In this document: positions 49,165 to 58,204 of the stretch, in pieces | Layout: every line of letters starts with the position of its first letter | Position numbering within the stretch: position 1 is the first letter of the stretch | Assembly (NCBI GenBank): GCA_025459175.1 | Contig: JALORC010000012.1 | Coordinates: 23,978 to 87,977 of the forward strand | Origin: Planctomycetota bacterium | Lineage (GTDB): Bacteria > Planctomycetota > UBA1135 > UBA2386 | Length of the DNA: 64,000 nt | Direction: 5' to 3' | Made by a program: the position numbers and the translations under genes | Notes under the pieces: model-generated | What the model saw: the letters and a program-made list of their open reading frames with translations, nothing else | Told to the model about the DNA's origin: nothing | Databases searched by the model: none

Positions 49165-50661
49165 ATGGGCCTCTACACCCGCACCACCCGCGCCTGGCTC
49201 GACCAGCGCTTCCGACGCCGCTCCGCCGACGGGGTCTACTTCGCCCACATGCCCGTCTACGGCATCGGCCACCCCGACGCCGAAGGCGGGCACACCGCGC
49301 GGCTCGCGCGCTTCCTGCGCATCCTGCGCGCGCTCGACGGGCTGTCGTTCCACACGCTGCTCGACGTCGGCGGTGCCGAGGGCTATCTGGCGCACGTCGT
49401 CCGCACCATGTTCGGGGCCGAGGTCGCCAGCACCGACCTGTCGCTCGCCGCCTGCCAGCGCGCGCGCGAGCTGTTCGCCGTGTCGGGTGCGGCACTCGAC
49501 AGCGCCCGCCTGCCGTTCGCCGACGGTGCGTTCGACGTGGTCGTCTGCAGCGAGGTGCTCGAGCACGTCGAGAACCCGGTCGAGACGCTGCTCGAGCTGC
49601 AGCGCGTGGCGCGGGTCGCCGCGATCGTTACCACCGAGGAGGTGCGCTACGACCGGTTCTGGTTGGATCAGTATCTGTTCAAGCGACCCGGCTGGCCGCA
49701 CATGGAACGCAACCTGTTCCACCCGGACGATCTCCGCGACACGCTGCCCGGCGCGACGCTGCTGCCGCAGTGCGACACGCCACCACCGCAACAACCACTC
49801 GACGCGGCGGCGGCGACGGCCTGGATCCTCGCCAACACCTCCAGCACCTCGCTGCAACCGGGCCGGATCGGCGTCTGCGCCGTGATTCCGGGCCGGGAGT
49901 TCGCGAGCCGGCCGCGCACCCGGGACGACGCTTCGCTGCTGGCCGAGCTGCTGGCGATCCACGTGCAACCGGGGCATGTCGCCACGGCTCCCACCGCCGC
50001 GGCCGAGGCCGCCTGGCTCGCAAAGCTGCGCGACCCGAGCACCGGCGCACCGCTGCACCACGGTGCCGGCGCGTTGCTCGGCTCCCGGCGCTATCCCGTG
50101 GTCGACGGGGTGCCGGACTTCGTCGACGTCGAGGCACCGCCGCCCGAACGCGAGGCGTTGCTCGCTCGCCTCGCCGGCCACGCGCCGGCCCACCGCGACG
50201 CGCTGCTGCGGCTGCGCGACCGCCTGCACCTGCCGGATCGCTGGTCCCAGGACGTGTTCGATCTCACGCAGCGGGAGGCGCGGCGCGGCTTCTGGCCCAA
50301 CGAGCAGCTGGTGCCGCGCGGCGAGGGCTTCCGGTGGCAGGCGACCGGCGACGATCCCTGGGTGGTGACACCGTGCCTGCAGCGCTCGCTGCGGGCGCTG
50401 CGGCTGGTGATGCGCATCCACGCCCCCGGCGTGCCGATCGACGCCGGCACCGGCCAGGTGTTCTGGAAGGGACCGGACGACGAGACGTTCACGGAGGCCG
50501 GTTCGGTGAAGTTCCCGCTCGTCAACGACGGCCAGCTGCACACCTACGACATCGTGCTGGCCGGACACCCGAACCTGCCGCGCGAGGTGCAGTGGCTGCG
50601 CCTCGACCTCGCCGACGGGCCCTGTGAGATCGACCTGGAGCGGCTCGAGCTGCAGTCCTGA
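49165..50661 (+). CDS. Class I SAM-dependent methyltransferase with a Trm112-like motif and a C-terminal domain of unknown function
   Basis: LLDVGGAEGYL (motif I) and DVVVCSEVLEHVENP (motif II/III). Later YPVVDGVPDFV resembles Trm112/DUF343. Confidence 0.5.
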   Translation: MGLYTRTTRAWLDQRFRRRSADGVYFAHMPVYGIGHPDAEGGHTARLARFLRILRALDGLSFHTLLDVGGAEGYLAHVVRTMFGAEVASTDLSLAACQRARELFAVSGAALDSARLPFADGAFDVVVCSEVLEHVENPVETLLELQRVARVAAIVTTEEVRYDRFWLDQYLFKRPGWPHMERNLFHPDDLRDTLPGATLLPQCDTPPPQQPLDAAAATAWILANTSSTSLQPGRIGVCAVIPGREFASRPRTRDDASLLAELLAIHVQPGHVATAPTAAAEAAWLAKLRDPSTGAPLHHGAGALLGSRRYPVVDGVPDFVDVEAPPPEREALLARLAGHAPAHRDALLRLRDRLHLPDRWSQDVFDLTQREARRGFWPNEQLVPRGEGFRWQATGDDPWVVTPCLQRSLRALRLVMRIHAPGVPIDAGTGQVFWKGPDDETFTEAGSVKFPLVNDGQLHTYDIVLAGHPNLPREVQWLRLDLADGPCEIDLERLELQS

Positions 50662-50671
50662 CCAGCCGCGG

Positions 50672-51031
50672 TCAGGGCAGCGGCTCGAGCCCGGGGCAGG
50701 TCCGCTGCACGCGGGCCGACAGTTCCGGGTCGTCGCGCAGCTCGGGCCAGAACGGGAACGACGCACACTTGGCGGGCCGCACCGGATAGATCGCGCAACC
50801 GGCGGGCGCCCCGTCCTGCAGGAACACGCAGCGGTTGCCGAGGCCGTCCTTCAGACGTTCGCCGTCGGGCTGCAGGTAGCGCGAACGGAACGCGGCCTCG
50901 TCGAGGCCCAGGAACGCGGCGATCGCCGCGGCCTCGCCGGCGTCGACGCGCACGAAGCCGCCGGGGATCGCGCAGCAGTTGCCGGAGCGCCGGCACTGCC
51001 AGCGGAACGGGTAGCCGGCTCGCGTCTCCAT
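50672..51031 (-). CDS. YkgJ-family Cys-cluster (Fe-S/Zn-binding) protein
   Basis: WQCRRSGNCC...CVFL...GCAIYPVRPAKC Cys pattern. Confidence 0.6.
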   Translation of the reverse strand: METRAGYPFRWQCRRSGNCCAIPGGFVRVDAGEAAAIAAFLGLDEAAFRSRYLQPDGERLKDGLGNRCVFLQDGAPAGCAIYPVRPAKCASFPFWPELRDDPELSARVQRTCPGLEPLP

Positions 51032-51042
51032 CGCCGTGCCCG

Positions 51043-52107
51043 TCACGATCGCCGCCGGCGCGAACGCCGGTCGAACATCGAACCCTTGCCCGGCGGCCGA
51101 CCACCCAGGCGCGGCCGTTCGCGCTGCTGCCGTTCCTCGAGCTCGCGCTGCTGGCGCCGCTGCACCAGGAACGCCTCGATCTCGCGCTGCAGCACCTGCG
51201 GGTCCTGGAACCGCATCGCCGGGTCCTTGGCCATCATCTTCTCGAGGAAGTAGTGCAGCTGCGGCGACAGCGACAGCGCGCGGATGCGTTCGCCGGACAG
51301 CGACTCGAGCACCTGCTTCGCCAGCACCTCCTCGCTGGTGCGGCCCTCGAACGGCAGCGAACCGGTGACCAGGTGATACAGCGTGGCGCCGAGCGAGTAG
51401 ATGTCGGCGCGCACGTCGAGCTGGCCGCTGCCGCGCGCCTGCTCCGGGGCGATGTAGTGCACGGTGCCGGCGGTGGTGTCGCCGGCGGTCGCGCGGTCGG
51501 CGCCGGTGGCGAAGCCGAGGTCGATCAGCACCGCGCCGCGCTCCTCGGACCAGATCACGTTGCCGGGTTTGACATCGCGGTGCACCAGCCCGCGCCCGTG
51601 CAGCACCGACAGCGCCTGCGCGACCTCGACCACGATCTGCAGCGCCGACTCCTCGTCGAGCCGCTCCTCCTCGGCCAGCACGTCCTGCAGCACGCGGCCG
51701 GGCAGCCGTTCCATCGCGAAGAAGATCGTGTCGCCCTCCTTGGCGACGCGCAGGCCCTTGACCAGGTGCGGGTGCGACAGCTCCATCAACAGCCGCGCCT
51801 CGTGCACGAACCGCTCCGCCTGCACCGGATCGGCGGCGAGCTCGGCGCGCAGCACCTTCAGCGCCACCTCCTTGTTGCTGTCGGCGCGGTCGACGGCCGC
51901 GAACACGCGCCCGACCCCGCCCTCGCCGAGCAGCTCGCGCACCTCGTAGCGACGCAGCTCGGGCCGCGTGCCCGCCTCGGTGCGCAACCATTGCTCCCAC
52001 TGCGCCTGGGTGCAGTGACCGCGCTGCACCAGCCACGATCCGGGCGCACCGGATGCGAGCGCCTCGTGGGCCACGGTCGGCGACACCAATCCTCGATGCA
52101 CCAGCAT
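51043..52107 (-). CDS. Ser/Thr protein kinase (cytoplasmic)
   Basis: GEGGVGRVF, ALKVL, HRDVKPGNVI, DLGFA and APE motifs. An alternative upstream ATG at 52209 exists. Confidence 0.75.
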   Translation of the reverse strand: MLVHRGLVSPTVAHEALASGAPGSWLVQRGHCTQAQWEQWLRTEAGTRPELRRYEVRELLGEGGVGRVFAAVDRADSNKEVALKVLRAELAADPVQAERFVHEARLLMELSHPHLVKGLRVAKEGDTIFFAMERLPGRVLQDVLAEEERLDEESALQIVVEVAQALSVLHGRGLVHRDVKPGNVIWSEERGAVLIDLGFATGADRATAGDTTAGTVHYIAPEQARGSGQLDVRADIYSLGATLYHLVTGSLPFEGRTSEEVLAKQVLESLSGERIRALSLSPQLHYFLEKMMAKDPAMRFQDPQVLQREIEAFLVQRRQQRELEERQQRERPRLGGRPPGKGSMFDRRSRRRRS

Positions 52108-52250
52108 CGCCAGCAGCTTGGTCGGTGAGATCACGATCGTTCCATGGCAGGCAGTCGTGGGCACTTGGAGGTTTCGCGTGCGCAGCGTCAAGTCGCTGCC
52201 GCGGCACACCCGAAACAGTCTCGGTCAAGAACAGGCCGAGGACACACGAC

Positions 52251-53606
52251 TTGAAGCATCCAGGGGCGGCGTTCGTCATCAAGTACTTCGACCTGATCGA
52301 CGAGTTCATCAAGGTTCGGTGCTGCTCGGACGAGCTGTTGCAGGAACTGCACGGCACGCCGATCACCAACAAGTCGAACTACCGGCAGCGGGTCGTTCGC
52401 GCCTGCGTGCCGACGTTCGACGCCGAGGTGCTGGCGGCGGTGCGCAAGATGGACGAGGGCTACGACCTCGAGATCGTCGAGGAGCTGCTCTACCAGATCT
52501 GCATCGACGTCAACCCGTCGCTCGAGATCCACCAGGTCAGCATCCCGCAGCCGAACGGCCAGCAGAAGGGCCAGAGCGAGGTCGACGACCCGTTCCTGCC
52601 CCGGCCGGGCAACGATCAGGCCCGGCAGAGCCTGTTCAAGCGCGTCAACAACCTCGACCGCAACCTGCGCCAGCAGATCATCGGCCAGGACGACGCGATC
52701 ACGGCGCTGGTGCGCGCGGTCAAGAAGGCCGCGGTCGGCCTAAAGCGCCCGACCAACCCGGTCGGCACGTTCCTGCTGGTCGGCCGCACCGGCACCGGCA
52801 AGACCGAGCTGGCGAAGTCGCTGGCGCGCAACCTGTTCGACGACCCGCAGGCGATGATCCGCGTCGACTGCAGCGAGTATGCGCTGCCACACGAGTACGC
52901 GAAGCTGATCGGCTCGCCGCCCGGCTACATCGGCCACAACGAAGGTGGCTTCCTGACCGAGGCGATCAAGAAGAAGCCCAACAGCGTGGTGCTGTTCGAC
53001 GAGGTCGAGAAGGCCCACTACAAGGTCCACAACCTGCTGCTGCAGCTGCTCGACGAGGGCATCATCACCGACAGCAAGGGCCAGACGGTGCAGTTCCACC
53101 AGGCGCTGATCCTGATGACCAGCAACCTCGGCATCGAGAAGATCGACGCGGTGCGCACCCGCATGGGCTTCTCGGCCGCGCACCGGCGCCAGAGCCTGAA
53201 GGACGTCGACCTGCGCGCGGTCACCAACGAGGCGCTGCGCGAGTTCTTCCGGCCCGAGTTCGTCAACCGCATCGACGAAGTCATCATGTTCAACCCGCTC
53301 GACGAGAAGGTGTGCCAACGCATCGCCGGCAACATGCTGCGCGAAGTCGGCGACCTGCTGAAGCGCCGCGGCATCACCGCGACGTTCTCGCCGGGCGTGC
53401 GGGTGCTGCTGGCCAAGCAGGGCTTCTCCGAGGAGTTCGGCGCCCGCGAACTGCGCCGCCTGATCAAGCGCCGGATCGAGGACCCGCTCACCGAGCTGAT
53501 CCTCGACCACGACCTCGGCCAGGGCTCGGTGGTCACCGTGCGGGTCCGCAACGGCGACTACGCGTTCGCCTGCGGCGAGCCGCAGAAGCAGATGCAGCCG
53601 GCGTGA
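52251..53606 (+). CDS. Stand-alone ClpA/ClpB-type D2 AAA+ ATPase with a unique, locally lower-GC N-terminal region
   Basis: IIGQDDAI...LLVGRTGTGKTELAK (Walker A), VVLFDEVEKAH (Walker B), LMTSNLG (sensor 1) and the ClpB_D2-small C-terminus. TTG start is inferred. There is no N-domain, D1 or middle domain. Confidence 0.65.
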   Translation: MKHPGAAFVIKYFDLIDEFIKVRCCSDELLQELHGTPITNKSNYRQRVVRACVPTFDAEVLAAVRKMDEGYDLEIVEELLYQICIDVNPSLEIHQVSIPQPNGQQKGQSEVDDPFLPRPGNDQARQSLFKRVNNLDRNLRQQIIGQDDAITALVRAVKKAAVGLKRPTNPVGTFLLVGRTGTGKTELAKSLARNLFDDPQAMIRVDCSEYALPHEYAKLIGSPPGYIGHNEGGFLTEAIKKKPNSVVLFDEVEKAHYKVHNLLLQLLDEGIITDSKGQTVQFHQALILMTSNLGIEKIDAVRTRMGFSAAHRRQSLKDVDLRAVTNEALREFFRPEFVNRIDEVIMFNPLDEKVCQRIAGNMLREVGDLLKRRGITATFSPGVRVLLAKQGFSEEFGARELRRLIKRRIEDPLTELILDHDLGQGSVVTVRVRNGDYAFACGEPQKQMQPA

Positions 53607-53699
53607 GCTGGCCCGGCCGGACCGGCCGGGCGGCGATGGACGCCGCCCGGGGCCAGGCCTAGCCTGTGACCCCGGCGCCCCCCTCGCGCCGGCCGCCCC

Positions 53700-54968
53700 A
53701 TGCTGCTGTTCGTCGTCGCCGTCGCGCTGTCGCTGCTGTTCTCGTTCGTCTGCTCGCTCGCCGAGGCGACGCTGCTGAGCGTCAGCCACGCGCGCATCGA
53801 GTCGCTCGCCCAGGCCGGCAGCCGGGCCGGCGCCATCCTGCGGCGATTCCGCCGCGAACCCGACCGGCCGATCGCCGCGATCCTGGTGCTGAACACGGTC
53901 GCCAACTCGGGCGGGGCGGCGATCGCGACCGACCAGTTCGCGCACGCGTTCCCGGGCGTGTCGCCGGCCTGGTTCGCGGCCGCGTTCGTGGTCACCGTGC
54001 TGACGCTGACCGAGATCCTGCCGAAGACGATCGGCGTCGTGCACGCGAACGCGCTGGCGGCCCCGGTCGCGCACCTGGTGCTGTGGATGACGCGAGCGCT
54101 CGGTCCGGTGCTCGCCATGACGCGGCTGGTGTCGCGGCTGATCACCCGCCCGCAGGCACACCCCGGTGCGACCTCGCTCGACGACATCCGGGTGATGGCC
54201 ACGCTCGGCATGAGCCAGGGCGCGTTCGGCCCCATCACCGCCGAGCTGATCCGCAACGCGACCCAGCTGCGCGAGACCAAGGCGCGCGACGTGATGGTCG
54301 GCCGCGATCGCATCGCCTGGCTGTCCGGCAACGCCTCGACCGAGACCAACCTGCGGCGCGTGCGCGACAGCGGCCACAGCCGCTTCCCGTTCACGCCGAC
54401 CGGCGAACTCGACGACGTCAGCGGCGTGATCCTGACCAAGGAGCTGCTGTTCAGCCTGCGCGAACGGGTCGAGCCGGACTGGGCCTCGTTGCTGGTGCCG
54501 ATCCTGATCGTGCCGGAGACGGCGACGCTGAACCACGTGCTGCGGCGCTTCCAGAGCGAGAAGCGCCACCTCGCCATCGTCGTCGACGAGTACGGCTCCA
54601 CGCGCGGCCTGATCACGCTCGAGGACGTGCTCGAGGAGATCGTCGGCGAGATCGAGGACGAGTCGGACACCGACGAGACCCACATGCTCGAACGGCCGGA
54701 CGGCTCGCTGCTGTGCCGCGGCATCGCCGAGACCGAGAAGGTGTTCGCCAGGCTGCAGCTGACCGGCATCGACACCGACAGCACGACGCTGTCGGGCTTC
54801 CTGGCCGAGCGGCTCGGGTCGGTGCCGACCCCCGGCGCCGCCATCGACGTCGGTGGCTACCGGTTCCAGGTCACCAAGGCCAACAACCGCCGCGCCGAAC
54901 GGGTGCGCATCCACCGCCTCGACGCCGTGGCGGAAGCGACCGACGGCGGCCCGCCCGCCGACCCGTGA
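53700..54968 (+). CDS. CNNM/CorB-family transporter (DUF21 + CBS pair + CorC_HlyC)
   Basis: DUF21 TM region, two CBS motifs and a C-terminal transporter-associated domain. Confidence 0.8.
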   Translation: MLLFVVAVALSLLFSFVCSLAEATLLSVSHARIESLAQAGSRAGAILRRFRREPDRPIAAILVLNTVANSGGAAIATDQFAHAFPGVSPAWFAAAFVVTVLTLTEILPKTIGVVHANALAAPVAHLVLWMTRALGPVLAMTRLVSRLITRPQAHPGATSLDDIRVMATLGMSQGAFGPITAELIRNATQLRETKARDVMVGRDRIAWLSGNASTETNLRRVRDSGHSRFPFTPTGELDDVSGVILTKELLFSLRERVEPDWASLLVPILIVPETATLNHVLRRFQSEKRHLAIVVDEYGSTRGLITLEDVLEEIVGEIEDESDTDETHMLERPDGSLLCRGIAETEKVFARLQLTGIDTDSTTLSGFLAERLGSVPTPGAAIDVGGYRFQVTKANNRRAERVRIHRLDAVAEATDGGPPADP

Positions 54969-55115
54969 GTCCGCGGCGCCCACGGTCGGCAGTCGCTTCC
55001 GGGTCGCACCCCGGTAAAAATCTCGCAACCGATTCCACGTAGGTTCTCCCGTGCGCGCCGGCCAAACTGCGCGCGCCACGGAAGTCCAACGCGGCCAACC
55101 ACGAGGTCACGGAAC

Positions 55116-55667
55116 ATGGGAAGCCTGTTTCTCTACTGCGCAGTCATCGGCGGCACGATCCTGGTCGCCCAGTTCCTGATGCTGCTGTTCGGCTTCGGCG
55201 GCGACACCGACCTCGAGCACGGTCCCGCCGGCGACCACCAGGTCGGCCACGACCAGGGCGCCTTCCTGAAGCTGTTCTCGCTGCAGACGGTGTCGACGTT
55301 CCTGACCTTCTTCGGCCTGGTCGGCCTCGGCACCCTCGAACTCGGCTGGTCGCCGCTCAGCGTCGCCGCCGCCGCCGCCGCCGCCGGTAGCGCGGCACTG
55401 TTCTTCACAGGCAAGCTGATGCGCGGGCTGTCGAAGCTGCAGTCGCAGGGCAATCTCGACCTCACCAACGCGGTCGGCCACACCGGCAGCGTCTACCTGC
55501 GCATCCCCGCACCTGGCCAGGGCCACGGCCGCGTGCTGATGCAGGTGCAGGGCCGCAACGTCGAGTGCCGCGCCATCAGCCGCACCGACGAGATCCCGAC
55601 CGGCGCGATGATCCGCGTCGTCGAACGCACCGACGGCGACGTGCTGGTCGTCGACCCGATCGCCTGA
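55116..55667 (+). CDS. NfeD-family membrane protein
   Basis: N-terminal TM helices plus a C-terminal OB-fold-like domain. Immediately upstream of flotillin. Confidence 0.6.
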   Translation: MGSLFLYCAVIGGTILVAQFLMLLFGFGGDTDLEHGPAGDHQVGHDQGAFLKLFSLQTVSTFLTFFGLVGLGTLELGWSPLSVAAAAAAAGSAALFFTGKLMRGLSKLQSQGNLDLTNAVGHTGSVYLRIPAPGQGHGRVLMQVQGRNVECRAISRTDEIPTGAMIRVVERTDGDVLVVDPIA

Positions 55668-55704
55668 CCATTCTTCTTCTCGACCCCTCGCCCAGGAGAA
55701 CTCC

Positions 55705-57372
55705 ATGCTCGCCTTCCTCGCCCCCACCACCGACGAACTGATCCCGGTGCTGATCGCCGGCGCCGCGGCGCTGATCCTGCTCGGTTTCGTGATCCTCGTC
55801 GTCAAGCGCTACAAGCGCTGCCCGAGCAACAAGATCCTCGTCATCTACGGCAAGGTCGCGTCCGGCCAGTCGGCGCGCTGCCTGCACGGCGGCGGCGCGT
55901 TCGTGTGGCCGCTGATCCAGGACTACGAGTTCCTGTCGCTCGACCCGATGCAGATCGAGATCCCGCTGCGCGGCGCGCTGTCGGCCGAGAACATCCGCGT
56001 CAACGTGCCGTCGGTGTTCACGGTCGCGGTCGGCACCGACGCCGCGGTGATGCAGACCGCCGCGATCCGCCTGCTCGGCCTGGATCCGCGCCAGGTCATG
56101 AAGCAGGCCGAGGACATCATCCTGGGCCAGCTGCGGCAGGTGATCGCGTCGATGACGATCGAGGACATCAACCGCAACCGCGACAAGTTCCTCGACAGCG
56201 TGCAGAACTCGCTGACCCCGGAGCTCGAGAAGATCGGTCTGGTGCTGATCAACGTCAACATCACCGACATCACCGACGAGTCGGGCTACATCGAGGCGAT
56301 GGGCCGCAAGGCCGCGTCGGAGGCGATCCAGTCGGCCGAGATCGACGTCGCCAAGCAGCAGATGCGCGGTTCGATCGGCGTCGCCGAGGCCAAGCGCGAA
56401 CAGGACGTGATGGTCGCCAACGCCGACAAGGTGCGTGAGATCGGCACCAAGGAGGCCGAGCGCGAGAAGCTGGTGCGGCTGGCCGACCTGGCCAAGGACG
56501 CCGGCATCGGCAAGAGCCGCGCCGAGCTCGAACAGCAGAGCGCGATCAAGGACCAGGAGCGCCAGATGCGCGTGCAGGTCGCCGACGCGGAGGCCGCGGC
56601 AGTCACCGGCGAGAACCTCGCCCGCGCCAAGGTCGTCGACGCCGAGGCGACGCTGAAGGTGCGCCAGGCCGAGGCCTACCAGGTCGCCGAGACCAGGAAG
56701 CGCGAGGCCGAGGCCAAGGTGCGCGAGGCGCAGTACCTCGCCGAGGCGCGCGCCGCCGACGCGATGGCGACCAAGATCGAGAGCGAACAGCGCGCCGAAC
56801 TCGAGGCCAAGGCCAAGGCCAGCAAGGCCAAGCTGATCGTCGATGCCGAGGCCGAGGCCGAGCAGGTCCGCCTGCGCGCGCAGGCCGAGGCGGCGGCGAC
56901 GTTCGCGCGGCTCGAGGCCCAGGCGCGCGGCGAGTACGAGATCCTGGCCAAGAAGGCCGAAGGTCTGGCGCGCCTGGTCGAGGGCTGCGGCGGCGCCCAG
57001 CAGGCGTTCCAGCTGCTGCTGCTCGAGCACCTGCCGCAGATGGCGGAGACCGCGGCGAAGGCGATCGCCAACGTCAAGTTCGACAAGGTCGTGGTCTGGG
57101 ACGGCGGTGCCGGCAACGGCGGCAAGAACGCCACCGCCGGCTTCCTGCAGGGCCTCGCCGGCAGCCTGCCGCCGCTGCTGCAGATGATGCGCGACATCGG
57201 TGGCGTCGAGATGCCGGCCTACTTCGGCAAGCTCGCCGAGTCGCCACAGGCGATGGCCACCGCGGGCAAGGACGGTGTCAGCGCCGCGGCCGCACCGGTC
57301 GCCGCGGCACCCGCACCGATCGCCGCTGCGCCGGCCGCGCGCCCGCCGGCGGGCCCTGGGCCGAAGTCCTGA
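55705..57372 (+). CDS. Flotillin / SPFH (band-7) domain protein
   Basis: An N-terminal TM helix and SPFH domain are followed by a long EA-rich coiled coil and an Ala/Pro tail. Confidence 0.8.
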   Translation: MLAFLAPTTDELIPVLIAGAAALILLGFVILVVKRYKRCPSNKILVIYGKVASGQSARCLHGGGAFVWPLIQDYEFLSLDPMQIEIPLRGALSAENIRVNVPSVFTVAVGTDAAVMQTAAIRLLGLDPRQVMKQAEDIILGQLRQVIASMTIEDINRNRDKFLDSVQNSLTPELEKIGLVLINVNITDITDESGYIEAMGRKAASEAIQSAEIDVAKQQMRGSIGVAEAKREQDVMVANADKVREIGTKEAEREKLVRLADLAKDAGIGKSRAELEQQSAIKDQERQMRVQVADAEAAAVTGENLARAKVVDAEATLKVRQAEAYQVAETRKREAEAKVREAQYLAEARAADAMATKIESEQRAELEAKAKASKAKLIVDAEAEAEQVRLRAQAEAAATFARLEAQARGEYEILAKKAEGLARLVEGCGGAQQAFQLLLLEHLPQMAETAAKAIANVKFDKVVVWDGGAGNGGKNATAGFLQGLAGSLPPLLQMMRDIGGVEMPAYFGKLAESPQAMATAGKDGVSAAAAPVAAAPAPIAAAPAARPPAGPGPKS

Positions 57373-57397
57373 GCGGCGGCGCGCCGATGAGGCGCGC

Positions 57398-58105
57398 ATG
57401 GACACCAGCCTGTGGATGGCGCGCGACCTGCTGACCATCGGCCCCGCGACCACGCTGTCGACCGCGGCCCGCCAGATGGCCGCGCGCCGGGTGCGGCACC
57501 TGCTGGTCGTCGACCCGCCCGATTCCCGACACCTGGTCGGCGTGGTCTCGAGCCACGATCTGTATCTCGCCGCCGACGCGGGCGTGAAGCCGACCTCACC
57601 CCAGGCGCTGGCGCGCGCCGCGAGCCAGGGCGAACTGGCGGTGGCGACCATCATGACGCCGCGACCGACCACGATCGCGTCGACGACGTCGATCGCCGAT
57701 GCGGCGCGCCTGCTGCGCGACAAGAAGTTCGGCTGCCTGCCGGTGGTCGACCGCGGCGAACTGGTCGGCGTATTGACCGAACACGACCTGCTGCGCGCGT
57801 TCCTCGCCATGTCCGGCGCCGACCAGGACGGCTACGAGATCACCTGCGAACTGGCGCCCGGCGAGAACGTGATCGGCGGCATCGACGAACTGGCGCGGCG
57901 GCGCGGCCTGGACCTCGGCAGCGCGTCGTCGTTCGAGCTCGGCGGCAAACGCCTCGGCGTGGTGCACTTCCTCGGCGCACAGGACGACGCGTTCGTCGAC
58001 GCGCTGTGGCAGTCGGGGCACCGGATCCTGCGCGTGCGGGCGACCGGTCGCGGCGCGCCGTCGACGATCCCCGCGCCGGCTCTGGCCGGCGACCGTCGGG
58101 ACTGA
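57398..58105 (+). CDS. CBS-domain pair protein
   Basis: Two CBS motifs (LLVVD...GVVSSHDL and LPVVDRGELVGVLTEHDLL). Confidence 0.7.
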   Translation: MDTSLWMARDLLTIGPATTLSTAARQMAARRVRHLLVVDPPDSRHLVGVVSSHDLYLAADAGVKPTSPQALARAASQGELAVATIMTPRPTTIASTTSIADAARLLRDKKFGCLPVVDRGELVGVLTEHDLLRAFLAMSGADQDGYEITCELAPGENVIGGIDELARRRGLDLGSASSFELGGKRLGVVHFLGAQDDAFVDALWQSGHRILRVRATGRGAPSTIPAPALAGDRRD

Positions 58106-58204
58106 TCCGCGGCAAGCTCCGGCGCCGGCCACGGCCGTGCGCCGCGGCCGACGAACGGCTACCGTGCCGCGCTGGCTGCGGCCACACCGCACCGGGAGTC
58201 CATC

